32,000 bases of DNA, from contig CP003263.1 in assembly GCA_000331975.1 (NCBI GenBank), forward strand, positions 180,001 to 212,000, written 5' to 3'. Within the stretch, counting starts at the first letter, position 1, and each line of letters opens with the position of its first letter. Made by a program: the position numbers and the translations under genes. Positions 9,837-19,896 of this stretch are shown one piece after another. The DNA comes from Candidatus Uzinura diaspidicola str. ASNER (GTDB taxonomy: Bacteria > Bacteroidota > Bacteroidia > Flavobacteriales > Blattabacteriaceae). Under the pieces are notes generated by a model. The model did not search any database. It saw nothing but the letters and a program-made list of their open reading frames with translations, and was not told the DNA's origin.

Positions 9837-9891
9837 AAGTAGGGAAAGTAATAGCTAATCCATAATTAATGGACTGGTTCCAAAATACCAT
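9638..9891 (-). pseudogene. tatA: TatA/E-like Sec-independent translocase subunit, apparently frameshifted or lacking a canonical start
   Basis: The track ORF (TTG 9832) begins (M)[31 protein letters not shown], which is the hinge plus amphipathic helix of TatA (G-KK-x-x-EL-x-x-GLG-x-G-x-KEFKK). The short N-terminal transmembrane helix is missing from this frame. An ATG at 9891 opens a different frame, [21 protein letters not shown], that stops at 9828-9826. A -1 shift near 9833 would join it to give ...[15 protein letters not shown]..., the canonical TatA layout. Confidence 0.45.
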
Positions 9892-10065
9892 AAGTAGTAC
9901 AAATTTAATTATTTTTAGGAATATTTTATATATTTGTTTAAATATGAACTCATTACAAAAAATCCCTTAGAAAAATTTTAGATGATAGAAGTAAATCTTC
10001 TATCTGGATAATTTATCTTAAATAAACAGGATATCTGTAATGATCTACATACCAGATTATACAAA

Positions 10066-10737
10066 ATGAAAGAGGAATTCAGAAAATACGCAATAAAAGA
10101 TCGTAACATCAATAGTGTATTGATTGACCAATATATCACCTCTATGACGCCTTATATTGTTGAAGAACGTAAATTTAATGTAGCACAAATGGATGTTTTT
10201 TCTCGCTTGATGATGGATCGAATTATATTTCTTGGTACTACTATTGATGATCAAGTAGCTAATATTATTCAGGCCCAGCTTTTATTTTTACAATCGCTTG
10301 ATTCATTCAAAGACATACAAATTTACATAAATTCAACTGGGGGTAGTGTTTATGCAGGATTAGGCATTTACGATACAATGCAGATATTAAAGCCAGATGT
10401 AGCTACTATTTGTACCGGAATGGCAGCCTCCATGGCTGCCATTTTATTATGTGCCGGTAAAAAAGGAAAACGTTCAGCATTAAAACATTCTAGAGTAATG
10501 ATTCATCAGCCATTAGGGGGAACTAGTGGTCAAGCATCTGATATTGAAATTACAGCAAGAGAGATTGGAAAGCTAAAAAGAGAGCTTTACGAGATAATAG
10601 TTCATCATTCTGGTCAAAATTTTTCTAAAGTAGAAGAAGACTCTGATAGAGACTATTGGATGACTTCAGGTGAAGCTAAAGATTACGGAATGATTGATGA
10701 TGTTCTTGTTCCAACTTCTAAAAAAAAAGATTTTTAA
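10066..10737 (+). CDS. clpP: ATP-dependent Clp protease proteolytic subunit
   Basis: 223 aa. RIIFLG, catalytic Ser context TICTGMAASMAA and His context RVMIHQPLGG. The N-terminal extension (MTPYIVEERKFNVAQMDVFSRLM) matches that seen in Bacteroidota ClpP. Confidence 0.92.
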   Translation: MKEEFRKYAIKDRNINSVLIDQYITSMTPYIVEERKFNVAQMDVFSRLMMDRIIFLGTTIDDQVANIIQAQLLFLQSLDSFKDIQIYINSTGGSVYAGLGIYDTMQILKPDVATICTGMAASMAAILLCAGKKGKRSALKHSRVMIHQPLGGTSGQASDIEITAREIGKLKRELYEIIVHHSGQNFSKVEEDSDRDYWMTSGEAKDYGMIDDVLVPTSKKKDF

Positions 10738-10745
10738 TTTTATTT

Positions 10746-11945
10746 GTGGTAATAGATGTAAAGTGTATATTTTGCACACGGGGTAAAAATGAAGCAGGTT
10801 TATTGTTATCTGGTTTAGAAGGTCATATCTGTGCTTATTGCATTGAACAAGCTTATAAAATGATTCATGAAGAAGACTCTCAAACAAAAAAATATGGAAT
10901 TTTTCATCATACTAAAAGTCCTAAAGAGCTTAAATCTTTTATAGATAGGTATGTGATTGGACAAGAAGAAGCTAAAAAAGTTTTATCAGTTGCGGTCCAC
11001 AATCATTATAAAAGATTGTCTGCATCTTTAGAGATAGACAAATCAAATATTCTTCTTCTAGGAGAGACAGGCACAGGAAAAACTCTTTTGGGATGGAGTA
11101 TTTCTAGGTTTTTAAATGTACCATTTACTATAGTAGATGCTACAATATTAACTGAAGCAGGTTATGTAGGAGAAGATGTAGAAAGTATTTTAACACGTTT
11201 ACTTCTAGCAGCTGATTATGACGTAGCTAAAGCTGAGAAAGGGATTGTATTTATTGATGAGATTGATAAAATTTCTCGTAAAAGTGATCATCCATCTATT
11301 ACTAGAGATGTTTCCGGTGAAGGAGTACAACAAGCACTACTAAAAATTATTGAAGGATCTGTAGTAAATGTTCCACCAGAAGGCGGCCGGAAACATCCAG
11401 ATAAAAAAATGATTTCTATAGATACGCACAATATTTTATTTATTGCAGGAGGTGCTTTCAACGGCTTGGAAAATATTATTAAAAAGCGTCTAAATAATAG
11501 ATTCTCATCAATAGGTTATAAAAATTGTATACAACCCCAATACTGCCACTCCCATACTACTGATTACTTACAGTATACAACACCAGCAGATTTGCGATAC
11601 TTTGGGCTTATTCCAGAGCTTATTGGTAGGTTACCTATCATAACCCATCTAAATTCTCTTGATGTAAATGCACTATATAGAATAATGATAGAACCAAAAA
11701 ATGCGCTAATAAAACAATATAAAAAACTATTTGCAATGGACGATGTACATTTAAAAGTTACAGATAAGGCCATTCGTAAAATAGTAGAAAAAACGCTAAT
11801 CACTGGATTAGGTGCAAGAGGATTAAGAAATATGTGTGAGAAAATTTTTAATGATTTTTTATTCTATATAAAAAATTTCCAAGGAATACTAGAAATTGAT
11901 GAAAATATTATAGATAATAAATTTAAAAAATACTTTCAAAAGTGA
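10746..11945 (+). CDS. clpX: ATP-dependent Clp protease ATP-binding subunit ClpX
   Basis: 399 aa from a GTG start. It has an N-terminal C4 zinc finger (CIFC...CAYC), Walker A GETGTGKT, Walker B VFIDEIDK and GARGLR near the C-terminus. Confidence 0.9.
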   Translation: MVIDVKCIFCTRGKNEAGLLLSGLEGHICAYCIEQAYKMIHEEDSQTKKYGIFHHTKSPKELKSFIDRYVIGQEEAKKVLSVAVHNHYKRLSASLEIDKSNILLLGETGTGKTLLGWSISRFLNVPFTIVDATILTEAGYVGEDVESILTRLLLAADYDVAKAEKGIVFIDEIDKISRKSDHPSITRDVSGEGVQQALLKIIEGSVVNVPPEGGRKHPDKKMISIDTHNILFIAGGAFNGLENIIKKRLNNRFSSIGYKNCIQPQYCHSHTTDYLQYTTPADLRYFGLIPELIGRLPIITHLNSLDVNALYRIMIEPKNALIKQYKKLFAMDDVHLKVTDKAIRKIVEKTLITGLGARGLRNMCEKIFNDFLFYIKNFQGILEIDENIIDNKFKKYFQK

Positions 11946-14317
11946 AATTAACACCCTTGATGGCGCAATATCATCAAATAAAATCACGCTATCCTGAGGC
12001 ATTATTATTGTTTAGAGTAGGTGATTTTTATGAAACGTTTGAAGATGATGCTATTAAATGTTCAGAATCTTTAAATATAGTATTAACCAATCGTTCAGAT
12101 ATAAAATTAGCAGGATTTCCTCATCATGCACTTAATAATTTTTTACCTAAACTTGTACAAGCAGGTTATCGTGTAGCTATTTGTGATCAACTGGAAGATC
12201 CTAAAAAAACAAAGGGTATTGTAAAAAGAGGAATTACACATTTAGTCACTCCCGGATTAACATTGGATGATCAAATATTGCAAGCAAAATCAAATAATTT
12301 TTTAGCTGCACTTCATTTTGAAAAAGAAAAATCAGGAGTAGCCTTTCTAGATATTTCCACTGGAGAATTCTTAGTTGCTGAGGAAAAAAATTCCTATGTT
12401 AAACAACTTATAAAAAAAATTTCTCCAAGTGAAATAATTTATCAAAAGAAAAAGAAAGATAAATTTGAAGAATTACTAGAGAACAACTTTTTTTCTTTTG
12501 CAATGGATGATTGGGTATTTCAATACGAAAGCGCTTATGAAAAATTAACTAGACATTTTCAAACATCTTCTCTTAAAGGGTTTGGAGTAGAAAATCTTAA
12601 GTATGCAATTATAGCTGCAGGTGCAATATTTAATTATCTAGATCACACTCATAATTCTAAAATTAGACATATTTCGTCTTTACGTAGAATTGACCCTGAT
12701 AAATATGTTTGGATGGATGATTTTACTATCAAAAGTCTTGAAATCTTAGAGTCTAATCATCTTAATGGACGCTCTCTTTTAGAGATTTTAGATAGTACTT
12801 TAACTTTTATGGGGTCGAGACTATTAAAACGTTGGATTATTATGCCTATTAAAAATCTTTCTACTATATATGCTCGTTATAACTTAGTTGAGGCTCTATT
12901 AAGAAGTAATATTGATATGAAGCTCACTAAATTTTTTAAATCGTTAGGTGATATAGAGCGTTTAACCTCTAAAGTAATTATTGAGAGTATTACTCCAAGA
13001 GAGTTGATGAATCTCTCTCATTCTCTTGTGGTAATGGAAAATATTAAGAAGTTATTGTCTTCTTCTAATGAAGACAAATTAAATTTATACTCCAATAAAT
13101 TTCCTTATTTAAATCCATTGTATGATACAATACGTAGAATTTTACATTCCGATCCTGCTCATCAACTTGGCAAAGGAAACGTAATTGCTAGCGGAGTATC
13201 TAAAGAACTTGATGAATTACGTGCTTTGGTTTCTTCGTTAAAGAAAGATTTAGAACGTATTTGCCTTCATGAAAGAAAAAGCACAGGTATTCCTTTGAAA
13301 ATTTCATTTAATAATGTTTTTGGGTATTATATAGAAATTCGTAATATTTATAAAAATAAAGTTCCAGAAAATTGGATGCGTAAACAAACCTTAGTAAATT
13401 CTGAAAGATATATTACTGAAGAGCTTAAATCTCTTGAAATTAAAATTTTAGGAGCTGAAGAGAAAATTCTTTCTCTTGAAAAAGATTTATTTAAGAACTT
13501 AGTATTTTCTGTAGGAAAATATTTTATAGATTTGCAAAAAGTATCTAAGCTTATTGCACATTTAGATGTATTATTTGCTTTTGCAAATAACGCAAAGAAT
13601 AATGAATACGTACGACCTATTATTAATAATAGCATGAATTTATATATTAAAAAAGGTCGTCACCCAGTCATTGAAAAAAGTCTACCTTTTGGCACAAATT
13701 ATGTTGCTAATGATTTATTTATAGATAATGTAGAATCCCAAATTCTTATTATTACTGGGCCTAATATGGCAGGAAAATCTGCTGTTTTAAGGCAGACGGC
13801 TCTAATTGTATTAATGGCACATTTTGGGAGCTATGTACCTGCTCAATATGTTTATATAGGATATATTGATAAAATCTTTAGTAGGGTTGGCGCTTCTGAT
13901 AATATTTCGTTAGGTGAGTCGACCTTTATGGTCGAGATGAATGAAACGGCGAGTATTCTTAATAATATGTCAAAGAGAAGTCTTATAATATTAGATGAAA
14001 TAGGTAGGGGAACAAGTACTTATGATGGAGCATCAATTGCATGGGCTGTCGTTGAATATCTCCATGAGCATCCAAAAAGACCAAAAACTCTCTTTGCAAC
14101 TCATTATCATGAACTACATAAAATGTCAAATATCTTTAAAAGAATAAAAAATTTTAATGTTTCTGTACGGGAAATAGATGGTAATGTGATTTTTTTGCGC
14201 AAGTTAATTCCTGGAGAAAGTAAGCATAGTTTAGGGCTCCATGTAGCAAAAATAGCTAATATGCCTCCTTCCGTGCTAAAAATAGCGAAAGAAATATTAG
14301 ATTATATGCGAGAATAG
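11942..14317 (+). CDS. mutS: DNA mismatch repair protein MutS (short form; ends right after the ATPase/HTH core)
   Basis: 791 aa. GTG 11942 overlaps the clpX TGA (GTGA). Contains TPLMAQYHQIK...FRVGDFYETF, Walker A GPNMAGKS, DEIGRGTSTYDG and FATHYHEL. The last 10 nt, including the TAG stop, lie inside tRNA-Gly. Confidence 0.9.
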   Translation: MKLTPLMAQYHQIKSRYPEALLLFRVGDFYETFEDDAIKCSESLNIVLTNRSDIKLAGFPHHALNNFLPKLVQAGYRVAICDQLEDPKKTKGIVKRGITHLVTPGLTLDDQILQAKSNNFLAALHFEKEKSGVAFLDISTGEFLVAEEKNSYVKQLIKKISPSEIIYQKKKKDKFEELLENNFFSFAMDDWVFQYESAYEKLTRHFQTSSLKGFGVENLKYAIIAAGAIFNYLDHTHNSKIRHISSLRRIDPDKYVWMDDFTIKSLEILESNHLNGRSLLEILDSTLTFMGSRLLKRWIIMPIKNLSTIYARYNLVEALLRSNIDMKLTKFFKSLGDIERLTSKVIIESITPRELMNLSHSLVVMENIKKLLSSSNEDKLNLYSNKFPYLNPLYDTIRRILHSDPAHQLGKGNVIASGVSKELDELRALVSSLKKDLERICLHERKSTGIPLKISFNNVFGYYIEIRNIYKNKVPENWMRKQTLVNSERYITEELKSLEIKILGAEEKILSLEKDLFKNLVFSVGKYFIDLQKVSKLIAHLDVLFAFANNAKNNEYVRPIINNSMNLYIKKGRHPVIEKSLPFGTNYVANDLFIDNVESQILIITGPNMAGKSAVLRQTALIVLMAHFGSYVPAQYVYIGYIDKIFSRVGASDNISLGESTFMVEMNETASILNNMSKRSLIILDEIGRGTSTYDGASIAWAVVEYLHEHPKRPKTLFATHYHELHKMSNIFKRIKNFNVSVREIDGNVIFLRKLIPGESKHSLGLHVAKIANMPPSVLKIAKEILDYMRE

Positions 14318-14381
14318 CTTAGTTGGTTTGAGCATTACCTTGCCATGGTAAGGGTTGCGGGTTCGAATCCCGTTTCTCGCT
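14308..14381 (+). tRNA. tRNA-Gly (anticodon GCC)
   Basis: Manual cloverleaf. Acceptor GCGAGAA/TTCTCGC. D arm GCTT-AGTTGGTTT-GAGC. Anticodon stem TTACC/GGTAA, loop TTGCCAT. Variable loop GGGTT. T arm GCGGG-TTCGAAT-CCCGT. Discriminator T. 74 nt. Confidence 0.85.
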
Positions 14382-14393
14382 CCTAAATAGAAG

Positions 14394-14466
14394 GTCTAGA
14401 TGGTGAAATGGTAGACACGCAGGACTTAAAATTCTGTCTTTACGGGTTCGAATCCCGTTCTAGACA
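14394..14466 (+). tRNA. tRNA-Leu (anticodon TAA) with only a 5-nt variable loop (73 nt)
   Basis: Manual cloverleaf. Acceptor GTCTAGA/TCTAGAC (7 perfect bp). Leu-type D arm GTGA-AATGGTAG-ACAC. Anticodon stem CAGGA/TTCTG, loop CTTAAAA. Variable loop TCTTT. T arm ACGGG-TTCGAAT-CCCGT. Discriminator A. Confidence 0.7.
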
Positions 14467-14543
14467 CTAAAAATAATCCAAAACTTGATATCTTCACTAT
14501 TATAACAGAATATTGTGACATGAATGTCATAGGTTTCTAAGTA

Positions 14544-15965
14544 ATGTCATATATGATGTATATATTTGTGTATATGATTTTTTTTATTAAAAATGAACGA
14601 AAATTATATATAGAAAATTATGGTTGTCAAATGAACTTATCTGATAGTGAAATTATTTCTTCTTTATTAGCTGAAGAAGGATTTTTTACGTTTTCTAAAA
14701 TATATGATGCTGATTTAATTTTATTAAATACTTGTTCTATTCGTGAAAAAGCTGAGAGTAATATTCGTAGGCGTTTGATAGAATTTCAATACATAAAAAA
14801 AAAGAAGCCTTCTATCATTATAGGACTTTTAGGATGCATGGCAGAGCGACTTAAAAAGAGATGGCTGGAAGAAGAAAAAATTGTAGATTTAGTAGTGGGG
14901 CCTGATTCTTATCGGGCTCTACCAATGCTAATAAGCAGAGTAGAAGATGGGAAAAGTTCTATTAATGTTCTCTTTTCAAAGGAAGAGAATTATGCTGATG
15001 TTAATCCAATCCGACTTGGAGACAATGGAATTACAGCGTTTGTAAGCATTACAAGAGGATGTGATAATATGTGTAGTTTCTGTGTTGTTCCTTTTACCCG
15101 AGGTAGAGAGCGTAGCAGAGATCCTGCTTCTATTATTAAAGAATGCCAAAAATTATGGAGCCAAGGATATAAGGAGGTTAATTTGTTAGGACAAAATGTA
15201 GACTCATATTTTTGGTATGGAGGGGGAATGAAAAAAGATTTTTCAAAGGCGTCTCCGCTTCAAAAGGCAACTTATTTAAGTTTTGCAGATTTACTTGAAT
15301 TAGTAGCTCGTTCTGTTCCTAAAATGCGAATTCGTTTCTCTACATCTAACCCTTATGATATAACAGAAAACGTCTTAAAAATTATTTCACATTATCCTAA
15401 TATATGTAAATATATCCATTTACCATTACAATCAGGTAGTACTAGGGTATTAGAGCTAATGAATCGTAGATATACTAGTGAAAAATATGTCTCTTTGATA
15501 AGAAAAATACGTAAAATAATTACTGATTGTGCCATTTCTCATGATATAATTGCAGGTTTTTCTGGAGAGTTTGAAGAAGATCATAGACAAACTCTAAACT
15601 TAATGGAGTATGTTCGTTATGATTTTGGTTATATGTTTATATACTCTCTAAGAACTGGTACAAAGGCTGAAAAAAGCCTATTTGATGATGTACCTGAAGA
15701 AATTAAAAAAAGAAGATTACAAGAGATTCTTTTTTTGCAAAAAAAACATTCTTATGAATGTTTGCAGGCTCAAAGAGGTAAAATTCAAGAAGTTCTAATT
15801 GAAGGAGAATCTAGAAAAAGTAAAATGTATTGGTATGGAAGAAATTCTCAAAATGCAGTAGTTGTTTTTCCTAAAGATTCTTATAGGAAGGGAGATTTTG
15901 TAAAAGTACGTGTAAAAACATGTACTTCAGCTACACTTCTTGGTCAGGGTCTTGAAATTGTTTAA
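14544..15965 (+). CDS. miaB: tRNA-2-methylthio-N6-dimethylallyladenosine synthase (MiaB)
   Basis: 473-aa ORF with N-terminal MTTase motif YIENYGCQMN, radical-SAM cluster CDNMCSFCVVP, HLPLQSGS and a TRAM-like C-terminus. The likely true start is ATG 14574 (MIFFIKNERKLYIENYGCQMN). Confidence 0.88.
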   Translation: MSYMMYIFVYMIFFIKNERKLYIENYGCQMNLSDSEIISSLLAEEGFFTFSKIYDADLILLNTCSIREKAESNIRRRLIEFQYIKKKKPSIIIGLLGCMAERLKKRWLEEEKIVDLVVGPDSYRALPMLISRVEDGKSSINVLFSKEENYADVNPIRLGDNGITAFVSITRGCDNMCSFCVVPFTRGRERSRDPASIIKECQKLWSQGYKEVNLLGQNVDSYFWYGGGMKKDFSKASPLQKATYLSFADLLELVARSVPKMRIRFSTSNPYDITENVLKIISHYPNICKYIHLPLQSGSTRVLELMNRRYTSEKYVSLIRKIRKIITDCAISHDIIAGFSGEFEEDHRQTLNLMEYVRYDFGYMFIYSLRTGTKAEKSLFDDVPEEIKKRRLQEILFLQKKHSYECLQAQRGKIQEVLIEGESRKSKMYWYGRNSQNAVVVFPKDSYRKGDFVKVRVKTCTSATLLGQGLEIV

Positions 15966-15973
15966 AATTTCTT

Positions 15974-17122
15974 ATGGAACACATTCAAAATATTAAACAA
16001 CGTTTTAGAATCATCGGTAATGATGTAAGTTTGAATAGTGCTCTAGAGAGAGCTATGCAGGTAGCTCCTACTGAGATTACAGTATTAGTTATCGGTGAAA
16101 GTGGGGTAGGAAAGGAGTACATTCCTAAAATAATTCATCATTTATCTCCAAGAAAACATTACTCTTATATCGCTGTAAATTGTGGGGCAATCCCAGAGGG
16201 AACAATTGATAGCGAGTTATTTGGTCATGAAAAGGGGGCATTTACCGGAGCTACTGGAGATCGTAAAGGTTATTTTGAAGTAGCAAATAAAGGAACGATT
16301 TTCTTAGATGAAGTAGGAGAATTGCCTTTAACAACTCAAGTTAGACTTTTACGTGTTCTTGAATCTGGTGAATTTTTTAAAGTAGGAAGTTCACAAATAC
16401 AAAAGACAGACGTCAGAATTGTTGCAGCTACTAACTCAAATATGCTTGAGTCTATTCAAAAGAACCTCTTTCGTAAAGATCTTTATTATAGACTCAATAC
16501 TGTACAAATAGACATTCCTTCTTTACGTGCTAGAAAGAGTGATATTGGATTGTTATTTAGAAAATTTTCTCAATATTTCGCTGAAAAATATAATATGCCT
16601 CCGATAAAATTATGTCAAAAAGCAATGTCATATATAGAAAATTATCATTGGCCTGGTAATATACGACAATTGCGTAATCTTGCAGAGCAACTCTCTGTTG
16701 TAGAAAAACAACGTGAAATAACACTTAGTAGAATTAAAGAATCTCTTCCTTCTCTCTACCCTTTTACAGCAGACTCAGTTCTGAAAAATGATTTCAGAAC
16801 TGAATGTGATTTACTATATAAAATATTGTTTGATTTGCGTAAGGATCTCAACGATATAAAATCATTGATCATGGAGCTAATGCATATTCCTGGTAAAAAA
16901 GCTTCTATAGATAGAAAAGGTGATACACTTTATCATTTTCCTTCTCATGATTTGAACGTTTCAGAAACAAAAATTTTCACCCATGAATCTTTACAAGAAA
17001 AAGAAATAAAGTGTATCCGTAAAGTTCTAAATAGAAATAATGGAAAACGCAAGATAGCTGCTAGTGAACTAGGTATTTCGGAGCGTACTCTTTATAGAAA
17101 AATAAAACAGTATGGACTCTAA
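15974..17122 (+). CDS. Sigma-54-dependent transcriptional activator (bEBP) without an N-terminal receiver or sensor domain
   Basis: 382 aa with Walker A GESGVGKE, the sigma-54 contact loop GAFTGA ([14 protein letters not shown]), Walker B FLDEVGE and a C-terminal Fis-type [21 protein letters not shown]. The AAA+ core starts about 10 residues from the N-terminus. Confidence 0.85.
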   Translation: MEHIQNIKQRFRIIGNDVSLNSALERAMQVAPTEITVLVIGESGVGKEYIPKIIHHLSPRKHYSYIAVNCGAIPEGTIDSELFGHEKGAFTGATGDRKGYFEVANKGTIFLDEVGELPLTTQVRLLRVLESGEFFKVGSSQIQKTDVRIVAATNSNMLESIQKNLFRKDLYYRLNTVQIDIPSLRARKSDIGLLFRKFSQYFAEKYNMPPIKLCQKAMSYIENYHWPGNIRQLRNLAEQLSVVEKQREITLSRIKESLPSLYPFTADSVLKNDFRTECDLLYKILFDLRKDLNDIKSLIMELMHIPGKKASIDRKGDTLYHFPSHDLNVSETKIFTHESLQEKEIKCIRKVLNRNNGKRKIAASELGISERTLYRKIKQYGL

Positions 17123-17219
17123 CGTAGTTAGCCATTATGACAAATTTATCATGTTGATAAATACATTTTTTCTTATAAAAAAGAATGGCATTTTATTATA
17201 TTATGTTCATAATCATATT

Positions 17220-19143
<1,924 letters not shown>

Positions 19144-19151
19144 TCATCATT

Positions 19152-19210
19152 TATATGATAAAGCTATTATCTTGATTATCATGATAGCTTTATCATATAT
19201 TTCTCTTTAT
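19152..19210 (+). terminator. Putative rho-independent terminator of groES-groEL
   Basis: Perfect 16-bp inverted repeat TATATGATAAAGCTAT (19152-19167) / ATAGCTTTATCATATA (19184-19199), starting 9 nt after the groEL stop and followed by T-rich TTTCTCTTTAT. Confidence 0.6.
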
Positions 19211-19225
19211 AAGTGGATGTACTAG

Positions 19226-19885
19226 AAAATAATTATAGGTGCAGGTTTTGGAGGATTGCAAAAAATCTAAATAGAAATCATTGTCCCATCCCTTTCAACC
19301 ACTGTTATATCAAATAGATACAGCAGAAATACGTTCTATAATAGTAGTGTAGATTCTAAAGAAAGATATACTCAAATATTGGCTTTATTTCTTCAGATAT
19401 TTTGATAATAGCGCACCGGGTCTCATACTAATTTCTTTGGAAATACCAACTTTGAACGTTGTACGCAATTTCTATGAAAACAATATCTGAAGCACTGAAT
19501 CTTAGAAGCATAATATCATGCTTTGTTTATCATTGACTAAAAGGTGATAGTTTAATAGCTGGAGGTGGTGTAATTGCTGGATCTTTAAATTTATATTACC
19601 TTATCGTTTGCTAGATGCAATGTCAGATACCTTAAAGATCGGGAGTAAATGTTCTGTTAGATTCTCCAGTGAAAGATTATGATGGTAGCAGATGTGAACA
19701 GTGGGATGATATAGCAAGAATAAAATAAAAGGTTTCCTCGTGGCCATCCTATTCAACAGAGTTTTAGATATGTAGCTGTTTGTGATTTCCCATGGTTTCA
19801 TTTTAAAGGTTTCTGGTTAGAATGGTTGTTGTTGTTTTGGTAGGTTTTAGAAATAGGATAATAGTATTAATATAATTGGATAATA
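19226..19885 (+). pseudogene. Eroded remnant of an FAD/NAD-binding oxidoreductase, best fitting type II NADH dehydrogenase (NDH-2)
   Basis: Conceptual translation gives recognisable blocks. KIIIGAGFGGLQ (19226-19261) is the first GxGxxG. GSHTNFFGN (19418-19444) is in the same frame. LIAGGGVIAGSLN (19552-19590) is a second dinucleotide fold in a shifted frame. GVNVLLDSPVKDYDG follows at 19642-19686. These are interrupted by at least ten in-frame stops and at least one frameshift, and the spacing between the two GxG folds is shorter than in intact enzymes. Confidence 0.55.
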
Positions 19886-19896
19886 CAGTATTATTA

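Noticed and set aside
14516-14550. TGACAT-ga-ATGTCA palindrome upstream of miaB, with a second ATGTCAT at the annotated start
   Set aside because: It is a short 6-bp palindrome in AT-rich DNA, easily arising by chance, and I have no supporting second site or known binding motif.
15421-15441. 21-nt exact identity TACCATTACAATCAGGTAGTA between miaB (15421-15441) and mtaB (26611-26631)
   Set aside because: Both encode the conserved radical-SAM methylthiotransferase motif LPLQSGS using the genome's preferred AT-rich codons. This is paralogue conservation, not a mobile or regulatory repeat.
17144-17173. Hairpin ATTTATCA-tgt-TGATAAAT followed by TACATTTTTTCTT, considered as a terminator or groES control element
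   Set aside because: The stem is 8 bp, almost entirely A-T and only marginally stable. It has no resemblance to CIRCE (TTAGCACTC-N9-GAGTGCTAA). The evidence is too weak to call.
17112-17219. 36-codon 5' extension of the groES ORF ([12 protein letters not shown]...)
   Set aside because: It overlaps the stop of the upstream activator gene, is not GroES-like, and an internal ATG at 17220 gives a normal-length GroES.
19601-19801. 66-aa minus-strand ORF between groEL and lysS
   Set aside because: It falls inside the NDH-2-like relic, whose homology signal is on the + strand. No motif is recognisable, so it is likely a chance ORF in decaying sequence.
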